From Aestuariispira ectoiniformans (GTDB lineage Bacteria; Pseudomonadota; Alphaproteobacteria; UBA8366; Aestuariispiraceae): DNA of 24,000 bases. A program made the position numbers and the translations under genes. Of the stretch, positions 1 through 8,715 are shown in pieces. Each line of letters begins with the position of its first letter. Positions within the stretch are counted from its first letter, which is position 1. Below the pieces are notes generated by a model. That model had not been told where the DNA came from. It made no database searches and was given only the letters and a program-made list of their open reading frames with translations. Location: positions 2,535,588-2,559,587 of the forward strand of contig NZ_CP062788.1 in NCBI RefSeq assembly GCF_025136295.1, in the 5' to 3' direction.

Positions 1-1
1 G

Positions 2-748
2 AAGGGTGAAATCAAACAGCGCGTGGAAGAGGCGGCGAAAATCCTGGAACTGGATCATTTGCTGGACCGCAAGCCGCAACAGCTTTCCGGTGGTCAGCGT
101 CAGCGCGTTGCCATGGGCCGTGCCATCGTGCGTGAGCCTGCGGTCTTCCTGTTCGACGAGCCGCTGTCCAACCTGGACGCCAAGTTGCGTGTTCAGATGC
201 GTCTGGAGATCAAACAGCTGCAGCGCCGCCTTGGTATTACATCCGTCTATGTCACCCATGACCAGATCGAGGCCATGACCCTGGCCGACCGTCTGGTGGT
301 AATGAATGGTGGTCTGCCGGAACAGATCGGGACCCCGATTGAGATTTATGAAAATCCGGCTTCGACTTTCGTCGCCGGGTTTATCGGGTCGCCCTCGATG
401 AACTTCATTCCGGGGCGCACCACGGAAGGCGGCCTGCAATTGCCGGATGGCACGACCCTGCAGCGTAAACCGTCCAACGGCAGCAGCGATTGCACAGTCG
501 GTCTGCGTCCTGAAAACCTGCATCGGGCCAATGGTGAGAAACCGGACCTGGAATTGACCGTGTCCGTGGTCGAACCGCTAGGCGCGGACACATTGGTCTA
601 TGGCCTGCTGGATGGGATGAAAGAGCCTATCGTCGCGCGCCTTAACGGGCGGGCCGATATCAAGGAACAGGAGCGTCTGCCGCTCCGCATCGAGCATGAC
701 AAACTGCATCTGTTTGACAGCGGTGATGGTGGCAAACGCCTGATCTGA
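2..748 (+). CDS. Sugar-type ABC transporter ATP-binding protein (MalK/UgpC family), 5'-truncated by the window edge
   Basis: The frame is open from the window edge, and the ORF-track Met at 23 is internal. The translation shows the ABC signature LSGGQRQR, Walker [14 protein letters not shown]-loop VTHD, and a MalK/UgpC-like C-terminal regulatory domain. Stop is TGA at 746-748, followed by an intrinsic terminator. Confidence 0.85.
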   Translation, partial: KGEIKQRVEEAAKILELDHLLDRKPQQLSGGQRQRVAMGRAIVREPAVFLFDEPLSNLDAKLRVQMRLEIKQLQRRLGITSVYVTHDQIEAMTLADRLVVMNGGLPEQIGTPIEIYENPASTFVAGFIGSPSMNFIPGRTTEGGLQLPDGTTLQRKPSNGSSDCTVGLRPENLHRANGEKPDLELTVSVVEPLGADTLVYGLLDGMKEPIVARLNGRADIKEQERLPLRIEHDKLHLFDSGDGGKRLI

Positions 749-771
749 TGATGTGAATAGCCGACAGGAAA

Positions 772-800
772 AAGCCCCGGAAAATCTCCGGGGTTTTTTT
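772..800 (+). terminator. Rho-independent terminator of the ABC transporter gene
   Basis: Stem CCCCGGA (775-781) pairs with TCCGGGG (787-793) around a 5-nt loop, followed by T7 (794-800). Confidence 0.8.
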
Positions 801-922
801 GTCGGTCGGCATGACGGATTTGTCGAGAATGCAAGGCTTTTCATGAAGAAATAACGTGCGTTTCGTTGGTTTCTAGTGTATCCCGCGCCCTCAACAAAAA
901 AGTAGAATGAGGACAGTCAGCA

Positions 923-2491
923 ATGCAGGAATCCGCCGGCCTTGCGCCAAAGGCGGCTGAGACGAGCGTCTTTGGCCGTTACAAAACCGAAGTTCTTTCC
1001 GGGCTGACCGTGGCACTGGCGCTGGTGCCGGAGGCCGTGGCATTTGCCTTTGTCGCCAATGTAGAGCCGCTGGTCGGCCTTTATGCCGCCTTTATTGTCG
1101 GCCTGATCACCGCCGTTTTCGGTGGCCGTCCGGGCATGATTTCCGGTGCTACCGGTGCATTGGCTGTTGTTATGGTCAGTCTGGTGATGACCCATGGCGT
1201 CGAATACCTCTTTGCGACTGTCGTATTGATGGGGATTTTCCAGATTCTTGCCGGTGTCCTGCGCCTGGGTAAATTCATTCGCCTCGTGCCCTATCCGGTC
1301 ATGCTTGGCTTTGTGAACGGTTTGGCGATTGTGATCTTCCTGGCGCAGTTGGGCCAGTTCAAGGTGACGGTGGACGGAACCAAACAATGGCTGGATATGC
1401 ATTCCCTGCTGTTGATGGGCGGTCTTGTGCTGCTGACCATGGTGGTCATTTATGGCGTTGGTAAGGTAACCAAGGCTATTCCCGCACCGCTCGTCGGGAT
1501 TGCAGCGGTCAGTGCCATCGTGATTGGTTTCGATCTGGATGTGCGCACAGTGGGTGACATGGCCTCCGTCTCCGGCGGATGGCCCAGCTTCCATATCCCC
1601 TCTGTACCGCTCAATCTCGAAACCTTCTGGATCATTGTTCCCTATGCGGCGATCCTGGCGGCAATCGGTTTGATCGAATCACTGCTGACCCTGAACCTTG
1701 TCAGTGAATTGCTGGAGGAAAAAGGCGGGGCGAGCAAGGAATGCCTGGCCCAGGGCGCTGCCAATGTGGTGACCGGCTTCTTCGGTGGTATGGGCGGTTG
1801 CGCCATGATCGGCCAGAGTATGATCAACGTGACCTCCGGCGGACGGACCCGCGTGGCCGGGATTTGTGCCGCCTTGTTCCTGTTGAGCTTCATTCTCTTT
1901 GCCTCCGGCCTGATCGAGATGATCCCGCTGGCGGCCCTGGTCGGTGTGATGTTCATGGTTGTGATCGGCACCTTTGCCTGGTCTTCCTTCCGCATCATCA
2001 CGCGTATCCCCCGGGCGGATGCCTTTGTGCTGGTTCTTGTTTCCGCTGTCACGGTGGTTGAGGATCTGGCGATCGCGGTTATAGTCGGTGTGATCGTCTC
2101 CGCCCTGGTGTTTGCCTGGAAAAGCGCCAGCCATATCTGGGTGAAAACCAAGACACTGGACAATGGCTCAAAGTCCTACGAACTGCAGGGGCCGTTGTTC
2201 TTTGGTTCCATCGCCAGCTTCCATGAGCTGTTCGATCCCAAGACCGATCCGGATGATGTGGTCATTGATTTTGCCGGTGCCCGCGTTTGGGACCATTCAG
2301 GCCTGCAGGCTATTGATACCCTGGCAGAGCGTTACGAACAGGCTGGCAAGAAATTGCACCTTCGTCATTTGAGCCAGGACTGTCAGAAACTCCTGAAACG
2401 AGCCAATAAATGGATGGAAGTCTCTGTGATCGAAGACCCAAAATACGGTATTGCGGTCGACTACGATGAAACTTTCGCCGAGGCAAAATAA
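923..2491 (+). CDS. SulP-family inorganic anion transporter with C-terminal STAS domain
   Basis: The 522-aa ORF has many hydrophobic helices (for example [19 protein letters not shown] and [15 protein letters not shown]) and a C-terminal STAS-like segment ([15 protein letters not shown]...[19 protein letters not shown]). GAGGAC sits 8 nt upstream of the ATG. The gene is flanked by terminators, so it is probably monocistronic. Confidence 0.85.
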   Translation: MQESAGLAPKAAETSVFGRYKTEVLSGLTVALALVPEAVAFAFVANVEPLVGLYAAFIVGLITAVFGGRPGMISGATGALAVVMVSLVMTHGVEYLFATVVLMGIFQILAGVLRLGKFIRLVPYPVMLGFVNGLAIVIFLAQLGQFKVTVDGTKQWLDMHSLLLMGGLVLLTMVVIYGVGKVTKAIPAPLVGIAAVSAIVIGFDLDVRTVGDMASVSGGWPSFHIPSVPLNLETFWIIVPYAAILAAIGLIESLLTLNLVSELLEEKGGASKECLAQGAANVVTGFFGGMGGCAMIGQSMINVTSGGRTRVAGICAALFLLSFILFASGLIEMIPLAALVGVMFMVVIGTFAWSSFRIITRIPRADAFVLVLVSAVTVVEDLAIAVIVGVIVSALVFAWKSASHIWVKTKTLDNGSKSYELQGPLFFGSIASFHELFDPKTDPDDVVIDFAGARVWDHSGLQAIDTLAERYEQAGKKLHLRHLSQDCQKLLKRANKWMEVSVIEDPKYGIAVDYDETFAEAK

Positions 2492-2527
2492 CATAAGTCA
2501 CCTTTGCCAGAGGCACTTGAACGAGAA

Positions 2528-2558
2528 GGCGTTGCGGGTTACCGCAGCGCCTTTTTTC
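2528..2558 (+). terminator. Rho-independent terminator of the SulP gene
   Basis: A 10-bp stem GGCGTTGCGG / CCGCAGCGCC (one G:U pair) with loop GTTA is followed by T6. Confidence 0.75.
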
Positions 2559-2588
2559 TTTGCTGTCTACGTTTTTTGATTTTTGAAC

Positions 2589-2604
2589 TTGACCAAATGG
2601 TCAG
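2589..2604. promoter_or_regulatory. Candidate RutR (TetR-family pyrimidine regulator) operator
   Basis: TTGACCAAATGGTCAG matches the E. coli RutR box TTGACCAnnTGGTCAA at 13 of 14 specified positions. An extra half-site-like TGGGTCAG lies at 2607-2614. The site sits upstream of the pyrimidine-catabolism operon. Confidence 0.55.
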
Positions 2605-2846
2605 GATTGGGTCAGACTACCCGTATAAAGAAAAATCGCCCCCGGCTGCTTATTTGGAATAATCAGTCGGATCAGGGAGGCGACCTGTAAGGATCGAAGC
2701 GCACATAGAACGGCATAGGCCGACACCGCGCCATAAAAAACAGAAAGTAACCACGCCGAATGACGGTTTCGGCGAACGGGTGATCTTTGCCGAATGGTTG
2801 TGTCCCTTTGGGCTTACATCAGGGTCAATGCTGATGGGAGACAAAG

Positions 2847-4184
2847 ATGACCACGCATCCTGTTAATACCGCGCCGGGCAAGCCGAGCCGGGAAGAGATT
2901 GCCAAGAACTTCGAAGACCTGCACCCGCGGTTCAACCGCTTGCAGTCCATGGCGGCGGCGAGCCGTTGCCTCTATTGTTATGACGCGCCCTGTGTGCGTG
3001 CATGCCCGACATCAATTGATATTCCCACTTTCATTCGCAAGATCGCGACGAATAACCCGAGCGGGTCTGCGCGCACGATCCTGTCCCAGAATATTCTGGG
3101 AGGAACCTGTGCGCGGGCCTGCCCGACGGAAACCCTGTGCGAGCAGGCCTGCGTCCGCAATGTGGCGGAGGACGAACCGGTGGAAATCGGCCGGTTGCAG
3201 CGTTACGCCGTGGATCACCTGATGGAGCAGGGCGGAGCCCATCCGTTCACGCGCGAACCCGCAACGGGCAAGACCGTTGCGATTGTCGGGGCGGGCCCTG
3301 CAGGGCTGTCTTGTGCTCATCGCGCGGCGATGCTGGGCCATGATGTGGTGATATTCGAAGCCAAGCCCAAGCCCGGTGGCCTTAATGAATATGGGTTGGC
3401 AGCCTATAAAATGGCTGATGACTTTGCGCAGAAGGAGGTCGAATTTCTGCTACAGATCGGTGGCATTTCCATCGAATATAGCAGTGCGCTGGGCGACAAT
3501 CTGTCCATTGATGACCTGAAGGCGCGTTTCGATGCGGTCTTTGTTGGCGTTGGTCTTGGAAGCACCAATAACCTTGGCGTTGACGGGGAAGACAAGGACG
3601 GCGTTGTGGATGCCGTGGCCTTCATTGAAGAACTGCGCCAGGCCAATGACAAAAGTGTAGTCAATGTTGGTAATAACATTGTCGTTATTGGTGGGGGTAA
3701 TACCGCGATTGACGCCGCCGTTCAGGCAAAACGCCTTGGGGCACAGGAAGTCACGCTGGTTTATCGCCGTGGTTCGGAGCAGATGGGCGCCACCGAATGG
3801 GAGCAGGACCTGGCCAAGGTCAATGGCGTCGTTGTGCGTCACTGGGCCAGGCCGACGGCGATCAAAGGTAATGGTAAGGCCGAAAGCATGATCTTTGAGC
3901 ATACTGAACTCGACAACGGTAAACTGGTTGGCAACGGCCAGACCTTTGAAGTCCGGGCGGATATGGTGCTGAAAGCCGTGGGGCAGAAGCTGGATGAGGG
4001 CAAGCTTGGTGGGCTGACTATCGAGCGCGGCAAGATCGTTGTGGATGACGACTATCAGACCTCGGTGGCAGGTGTCTTTGCCGGTGGTGACTGTGTGAAG
4101 TCCGGCGAGGACCTGACCGTGCAGGCGGTTGAAGACGGTAAGCAGGCGGCCCATGCCATCGACCGCTTCCTGGCCGGCGCATAA
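2847..4184 (+). CDS. preT: NAD-dependent dihydropyrimidine dehydrogenase subunit PreT (glutamate-synthase small-subunit-like)
   Basis: The 445-aa protein has N-terminal Cys clusters (CLYCYDAPCVRACP, CARACPTETLCEQAC). It has the dinucleotide folds VAIVGAGPAGLSCA and VVIGGGNTAIDAA and the C-terminal GVFAGGDC motif. GGGAGA SD lies upstream, and the gene is followed directly by preA. Confidence 0.85.
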   Translation: MTTHPVNTAPGKPSREEIAKNFEDLHPRFNRLQSMAAASRCLYCYDAPCVRACPTSIDIPTFIRKIATNNPSGSARTILSQNILGGTCARACPTETLCEQACVRNVAEDEPVEIGRLQRYAVDHLMEQGGAHPFTREPATGKTVAIVGAGPAGLSCAHRAAMLGHDVVIFEAKPKPGGLNEYGLAAYKMADDFAQKEVEFLLQIGGISIEYSSALGDNLSIDDLKARFDAVFVGVGLGSTNNLGVDGEDKDGVVDAVAFIEELRQANDKSVVNVGNNIVVIGGGNTAIDAAVQAKRLGAQEVTLVYRRGSEQMGATEWEQDLAKVNGVVVRHWARPTAIKGNGKAESMIFEHTELDNGKLVGNGQTFEVRADMVLKAVGQKLDEGKLGGLTIERGKIVVDDDYQTSVAGVFAGGDCVKSGEDLTVQAVEDGKQAAHAIDRFLAGA

Positions 4185-4203
4185 GAGAGAAGGGGACCGA
4201 ACA

Positions 4204-5481
4204 ATGGCTGATTTGAAATGTACCATCGCCGGGATTGAAAGCATCAACCCCTTCTGGTTGGCCTCCGCACCGCCGACGGACAAGAAATACAACGTTGTCC
4301 GCGCCTTTGAGGCGGGCTGGGGTGGTGTTGTCTGGAAGACGCTGGGGATCGACCCGCCGGTGATCAACATGTCCAGCCGCTATGGCGCGCATCATGACAC
4401 CAATCGTGGTGTCATCGGGATCAACAATATCGAGTTGATTTCCGACCGGCCGCTTGCGGTGAACCTTCAGGAAATTCGGGAGGTTCGCGAGGAATGGCCG
4501 GACCGGATCATCATCGGTTCCATGATGGCCCCGATTGAGGAGCGCCACTGGAAGGAACTGGCAATCCAGATCGCGGAAGCCGGTGTCCATGGCATCGAGT
4601 TGAACCTGGGCTGTCCGCATGGCATGTGCGAACGCGGCATGGGCTCTGCCATCGGTCAGGTGCCGGAAATGGTGGAGCAGGTGACACGCTGGGTGAAAGA
4701 GGCGGTCGACATTCCGGTCTTCACCAAGCTCACCCCCAATATCACCAATATCCTCTGGTCCGCAGAGGCGGCTTACCGTGGCGGTGCGGATGCCGTTTCG
4801 CTGATCAATACGGTAAACTCCATCACCGGCGTGGACCTCAACCACATGGCACCGGAACCGGTTGTGGACGGCAAGGGGTCGCATGGCGGCTATTGCGGGG
4901 CGGCGGTCAAGCCGATCGCGCTTAATATGGTGGCTGAAATCGCCCGCAATCCGGACAGCGCCAATCTCCATATATCCGGGATCGGTGGCATCACCACCTG
5001 GAAGGATGCGGCTGAGTTCATGGCGCTGGGCGCGAATGCGGTGCAGGTCTGTACGGCGGCCATGGTCTACGGTTTCCGGGTTGTCGAGGATATGATCGAC
5101 GGCCTGTCCCAGTGGATGGACGAGCAGGGCTATACAAGCGTTGAGCAGTTTACGCGCAAGGCGGTTCCGAACGTTCTGGACTGGAACGAATTGAACATGA
5201 ACTACGATGTGAAGGCCCTCATTGATACTGAACAGTGTATAGAATGCGGGCGCTGTCACATTGCCTGCGAGGACACCTCGCATCAGGCCATTCGCATTGA
5301 TGAGAGCGGGGCGGGCAAGAAGACCTTCACTGTCGTGGACGAGGACTGTGTTGGCTGTAACCTCTGTTACCATGTCTGTCCGGTGCCGGGTTGTATCACG
5401 ATGGAACCTGTCGAGAACGACAAACCCTATCTGACCTGGCCGGAACATCCTGATAACCCGATGAAAGCGGCTGCGGAATAG
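4204..5481 (+). CDS. preA: NAD-dependent dihydropyrimidine dehydrogenase subunit PreA (DHOD-like barrel plus 2x[4Fe-4S] ferredoxin domain)
   Basis: The ORF track starts at 4129, inside preT. I prefer ATG 4204 (MADLKCTIAGIE...), which has GAAGGGGA 7 nt upstream and lies 19 nt after the preT stop. Motifs seen are IELNLGCPHG and ISGIGGI, plus C-terminal CIECGRCHIACED and CVGCNLCYHVCPVPGC. Confidence 0.85.
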   Translation: MADLKCTIAGIESINPFWLASAPPTDKKYNVVRAFEAGWGGVVWKTLGIDPPVINMSSRYGAHHDTNRGVIGINNIELISDRPLAVNLQEIREVREEWPDRIIIGSMMAPIEERHWKELAIQIAEAGVHGIELNLGCPHGMCERGMGSAIGQVPEMVEQVTRWVKEAVDIPVFTKLTPNITNILWSAEAAYRGGADAVSLINTVNSITGVDLNHMAPEPVVDGKGSHGGYCGAAVKPIALNMVAEIARNPDSANLHISGIGGITTWKDAAEFMALGANAVQVCTAAMVYGFRVVEDMIDGLSQWMDEQGYTSVEQFTRKAVPNVLDWNELNMNYDVKALIDTEQCIECGRCHIACEDTSHQAIRIDESGAGKKTFTVVDEDCVGCNLCYHVCPVPGCITMEPVENDKPYLTWPEHPDNPMKAAAE

Positions 5482-5490
5482 GGAACGATC

Positions 5491-6771
5491 ATGAACGCGA
5501 TTAATCAAACGCAGAACCATAAGGTCAACGGTGAACGGCTTTGGCAAAGCCTGATGGATATGGCGAAAATCGGGGAGACGGAGAAAGGCGGTGTTTGCCG
5601 CCTGGCTCTGACCGATCTGGACAAGCAGGGCCGTGACCTTTTCATCGACTGGTGCAAGGCCGAAGGCTGTTCTATCCGGATCGACAAGATGGGTAACATC
5701 TTTGCCCGCCGCGAAGGCCGTAATCCCGACCTGCCGCCGATCGTCACCGGCAGTCACCTGGACAGCCAGCCGACAGGTGGCCGTTTTGACGGTGTCTATG
5801 GGGTCCTGGCGGGTCTGGAGGTGATCAGGTCCCTGAACGATGCGGACTATGTCACCGAAGCGCCGGTGGAGGTCTCCGTCTGGACCAATGAGGAAGGCTC
5901 CCGCTTTCCGCCCGCCATGGTGTCGTCCGGCGTCTTCGCGAAGGTCTTCGACCTGGACTATGGCCTGAGCCGGGCGGATGTGGACGGCAAGACCATGGGC
6001 GAGGAGTTGGAGCGGATCGGCTATGCCGGACCTGACGAGCCAAACATCGATGGCCATGCGGTCGGCGCCTATTTCGAGGCCCATATCGAACAGGGGCCGA
6101 TCCTGGAAGATGAAGACAAGACGATCGGTGTTGTCACTGATGCCCAAGGACAGCGCTGGTATGAGATCACGCTGACCGGGGTGGAGGCCCATGCCGGACC
6201 GACGCCCATGCACCTGCGCAAGGATGCTCTGTTGGGGGCATCACGCATCGTCGACGCGGTGAACAGGATCGGCATGGCGAATCAGCCCTATGCCTGTGCA
6301 ACGGTGGGCATGATGCAGGTTCATCCCAACTCCCGAAATGTTATTCCGGGTAAGGTGTTCCTGACAGTCGATTTCCGCCATCCCGACGACGATATCCTTG
6401 CCAAGATGGACAAGGAACTGCGGGAGGCCGCCAAAGAGATTACCGAGGATATCGGCCTCGGCATGGACTTTGAACAGATCTGGTATTATGCCCCGATCAA
6501 GTTCGAGGAAAGCTGTGTCCAGGCCGTACGCGACGGTGTTGAACTAAACGGTTATTCCCATCGGGATATGGTGTCAGGGGCGGGGCATGATGCCTGCTAT
6601 CTGTCGAAGGTCACACCGACGGGCATGATCTTCATCCCCTGTATCGACGGTATCAGTCACAACGAGGTGGAGGATGCCAAACCGGAATGGGTAACCGCCG
6701 GGGCGCAGGTTCTGCTGCAGGCGATGATCGCCAAGGCGGATGAGACGGTTCTGGAAAATACCGGGGCCTGA
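5491..6771 (+). CDS. M20-family Zn amidohydrolase, probably N-carbamoyl-beta-alanine amidohydrolase (beta-ureidopropionase; hydantoinase/carbamoylase family)
   Basis: The 426-aa protein starts 9 nt after the preA stop. Allantoate-amidohydrolase/carbamoylase-type motifs are present (TGSHLDSQPTGGRFDGVYGV, WTNEEGSRFPPAM, GAGHDACY, PCIDGISHNEVE). The operon context with preTA supports the pyrimidine-catabolic role. Confidence 0.72.
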   Translation: MNAINQTQNHKVNGERLWQSLMDMAKIGETEKGGVCRLALTDLDKQGRDLFIDWCKAEGCSIRIDKMGNIFARREGRNPDLPPIVTGSHLDSQPTGGRFDGVYGVLAGLEVIRSLNDADYVTEAPVEVSVWTNEEGSRFPPAMVSSGVFAKVFDLDYGLSRADVDGKTMGEELERIGYAGPDEPNIDGHAVGAYFEAHIEQGPILEDEDKTIGVVTDAQGQRWYEITLTGVEAHAGPTPMHLRKDALLGASRIVDAVNRIGMANQPYACATVGMMQVHPNSRNVIPGKVFLTVDFRHPDDDILAKMDKELREAAKEITEDIGLGMDFEQIWYYAPIKFEESCVQAVRDGVELNGYSHRDMVSGAGHDACYLSKVTPTGMIFIPCIDGISHNEVEDAKPEWVTAGAQVLLQAMIAKADETVLENTGA

Positions 6772-6807
6772 CCGCCGGAGAGTAATCAAGACCAGTTGAA
6801 GGCTCTA

Positions 6808-6841
6808 CAGCCCCGGTCCCACAATGGCCCGGGGCTTTTTC
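6808..6841 (+). terminator. Intrinsic terminator ending the pyrimidine operon
   Basis: Stem AGCCCCGG (6809-6816) pairs with CCGGGGCT (6829-6836) around a 12-nt loop, followed by a T-run to 6841. It ends 3 nt before the stop codon of the convergent XRE gene. Confidence 0.65.
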
Positions 6842-6843
6842 TA

Positions 6844-7209
6844 TCAATCTGCGGCCATGGAATCGGGGTTTGAGGCGCAGGCCTTGATCAATTGCAAAAT
6901 CTGGTTGCGAATGGTTCCATCGGCAATGGATTCGATCTGATGCGCCAGTTTCAGCGTCTTTCGCGGAATCGGGCTGTTCAAAGGGTTTGCCTCGTCTAAT
7001 CCATCAAAGAGAAAATCAATTGATACTTCAAGCGCGCGGCAAATATCCCAGAGGCGGCTGCTGCCGATCCTGTTTGTGCCTTTTTCATATTTTTGAACCT
7101 GCTGGAAGCTGATCCCCAAAATCACCCCCAACTGTTCCTGGCTCATACCTTTTAATGAACGAGCCTCCCGGACCCGGCTACCGACATGAATGTCTACTGG
7201 ATGTGGCAT
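6844..7209 (-). CDS. XRE-family HTH regulator, PraR/PhrR-like
   Basis: The 121-aa protein begins with VDIHVGSRVREARSLKGMSQEQLGVILGISFQQVQKYEKGTNRIGSSRLWDICRALEV. This matches my recollection of the alphaproteobacterial PraR/PhrR-type Cro/C1 HTH. GAGG lies about 9 nt upstream of the ATG, which is 42 bp downstream of the luxR stop. Confidence 0.8.
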   Translation of the reverse strand: MPHPVDIHVGSRVREARSLKGMSQEQLGVILGISFQQVQKYEKGTNRIGSSRLWDICRALEVSIDFLFDGLDEANPLNSPIPRKTLKLAHQIESIADGTIRNQILQLIKACASNPDSMAAD

Positions 7210-7251
7210 AAAATCGACCTCGTCATTTCAATCAACAGTAGTGTTATTGCA

Positions 7252-8040
7252 TTATAGTTTACGTGGATCAGGCATACGGAAAAGCTTCTGTTCCATAAAT
7301 TGTGATAAACCCGTATCCATGAGCTGTATAATTCCGGCATCAATGGCGTAGCCAACAGCTGCTGCCTGGGTTCGCGCGCCCATTTTCTCCTTGGCTGACG
7401 CTATATGCTGCTCGGCGGTGCGCTTTGTAATGCCAAGAAGTTCCCCCATATCAGCGCTTGTTGCGCCGATTGCCGACAAAAACAAAGCCTGGCGTTCCCG
7501 CATGCTGAAGCTATGTTGTGCCGGGGAGGTCTTGTCCTGTTCATGAATGCAGGTGAAAAGCAGGTTAAAGTTTTCCGCTATTAGCTTGATTGGGGCTACC
7601 CATTCTTCAATTTGTTTTTCGAAATTGGGAGATACCGCTGTGAACAGCCGGTATCCGTCCTGTCGACGGAATGGAACTGAGATGCCCTGGCAGACGGAAT
7701 GGATACTGGCGTCTTTGAAAAAATCCGCAACGACCTTGTCGCTGTCGTTGAAATGATCTCTGGCGTTCCAGGACCAAGCATTTGTTTCTGAATAAAGTTT
7801 TTTCAATACAGGATCTATCAATCCGTATTCGCGTTCCCGGTATCTATCGAGCCAGGTATCGCTGTATGTGCCGTAATGCAAGAAGAAGGTTTCTGCGCTT
7901 GCTTCCAAAAGAGTGAAGCCGGAAAAGCCCTGATCCTGAAGGGCTGCCGTTGCAAGTTTGCCCAACTCGCGAAGAGAACCGGCCGTCCTAATGCGGCGAA
8001 TTGCGCGTTCAACGAACGAGAACTTCTCTGCTTCACTCAT
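7252..8040 (-). CDS. LuxR-family AHL-responsive transcriptional regulator
   Basis: The 262-aa protein has an N-terminal autoinducer-binding domain with the conserved W/Y/D/P/W pocket residues (DTWLDRY...YGLIDPVL...AWSW). The C-terminal GerE-type HTH reads MRERQALFLSAIGATSADMGELLGITKRTAEQHIASAKEKMG. GAGG SD is present, and the start is 24 bp downstream of luxI. Confidence 0.85.
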   Translation of the reverse strand: MSEAEKFSFVERAIRRIRTAGSLRELGKLATAALQDQGFSGFTLLEASAETFFLHYGTYSDTWLDRYREREYGLIDPVLKKLYSETNAWSWNARDHFNDSDKVVADFFKDASIHSVCQGISVPFRRQDGYRLFTAVSPNFEKQIEEWVAPIKLIAENFNLLFTCIHEQDKTSPAQHSFSMRERQALFLSAIGATSADMGELLGITKRTAEQHIASAKEKMGARTQAAAVGYAIDAGIIQLMDTGLSQFMEQKLFRMPDPRKL

Positions 8041-8064
8041 TTGAAAGCCTCAATTTCTACGTAT

Positions 8065-8715
8065 TTATACCTGTCTATTGCATGTTATAATACCTGTATC
8101 GTGTTGCATATCAAGTAATGGTTGTGATGCAATTTTGACTGATAAGTTGTCGTTTTTTTTGGTCATTGCCCGCAGAATTGATTCTTCCGTAGGTAGTTTA
8201 ATCGCGACGGCAGTCGTTGAGCCGACTTTCATCGGTTTGCCTAGACGCTCCGTCCGCCAGCCGGTTCTGTTGACTATTCGCTCCATCCTCAAGTCTACAA
8301 CTGCGACATATGCGGAGAGGTCGAGGTTGAGGGCGATGATGACAAGACCGATTAGAAGTTCCGTCGTTAAGGAACTGAGGTAGCCATTTGTGAGAATTTG
8401 TTTGGTATCAACGGCAAAGCGGCTGATTTCCCACAAGTCGTTTTCGGCAGGTGGCTTGGATGGAAGCAGAAACCCAAATACGTCCTTGAGCATGTAGGGA
8501 CCATTCGTCGGCATGATCCGGGCGCATCCAATTGCCTCGCCTTGGGGGCTTAGCTTCGTCAGGTGGTAGGCGTTGTTGTGGTCAAATTCGTCGAACTCCA
8601 TATTGTTGGTGCTGTTTACTTCCCAGTCCAGGCGCTCTTTAAAAACGCGGTGTCGCAGGCGGTATACAGACTGAATACGCTTGGAATCGGAGCTATTATC
8701 TAAAAGGGAGAGCAT
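8065..8715 (-). CDS. Acyl-homoserine-lactone synthase (LuxI family)
   Basis: The 216-aa protein carries the family blocks YRLRHRVFKERLDWEV...EFDEFD, CARIMPT and WEISRFAV, plus MERIVNRTGW. GAAGGA SD lies 8 nt upstream of the ATG. Confidence 0.9.
   Translation of the reverse strand: MLSLLDNSSDSKRIQSVYRLRHRVFKERLDWEVNSTNNMEFDEFDHNNAYHLTKLSPQGEAIGCARIMPTNGPYMLKDVFGFLLPSKPPAENDLWEISRFAVDTKQILTNGYLSSLTTELLIGLVIIALNLDLSAYVAVVDLRMERIVNRTGWRTERLGKPMKVGSTTAVAIKLPTEESILRAMTKKNDNLSVKIASQPLLDMQHDTGIITCNRQV

Noticed and set aside
917-2163. Minus-strand ORFs of 225, 173 and 151 aa inside the SulP gene.
   Set aside because: They are antisense to a well-supported transporter. Their compositionally biased translations contain no domains.
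2650-2844. A 64-aa minus-strand ORF inside the preT leader, and a 21-codon plus-strand ORF starting within the RutR box (2597).
   Set aside because: Neither has an SD or recognisable sequence, and the orientation and position fit leader DNA better.
4018-6213. A 731-aa ORF on the minus strand spanning preA and the amidohydrolase gene.
   Set aside because: It is fully antisense to two genes with clear family motifs. Its translation is low-complexity (rich in R, H, D, G and P), with no recognisable domain and no start context. This is a typical shadow ORF in GC-rich DNA.
7251-7256. A perfect TATAAT (minus strand) overlapping the luxR stop codon, 42-47 nt upstream of the xre ATG. It could be an internal promoter for xre.
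   Set aside because: No acceptable -35 hexamer lies at 16-18 bp spacing. A single hexamer in AT-rich DNA is weak evidence. It is worth checking only with TSS mapping.
8065-8715. An attempt to predict the AHL type (3-oxo, 3-OH or unsubstituted, and chain length) from the LuxI segment YVAVVDLRMERIVNRTGW. An Ala/Val seems to sit where 3-oxo-AHL synthases often have Thr.
   Set aside because: I cannot align this residue reliably by eye, and exceptions to the rule are known. Use of an acyl-CoA rather than acyl-ACP substrate also cannot be excluded. Chemistry (LC-MS/MS) is needed.
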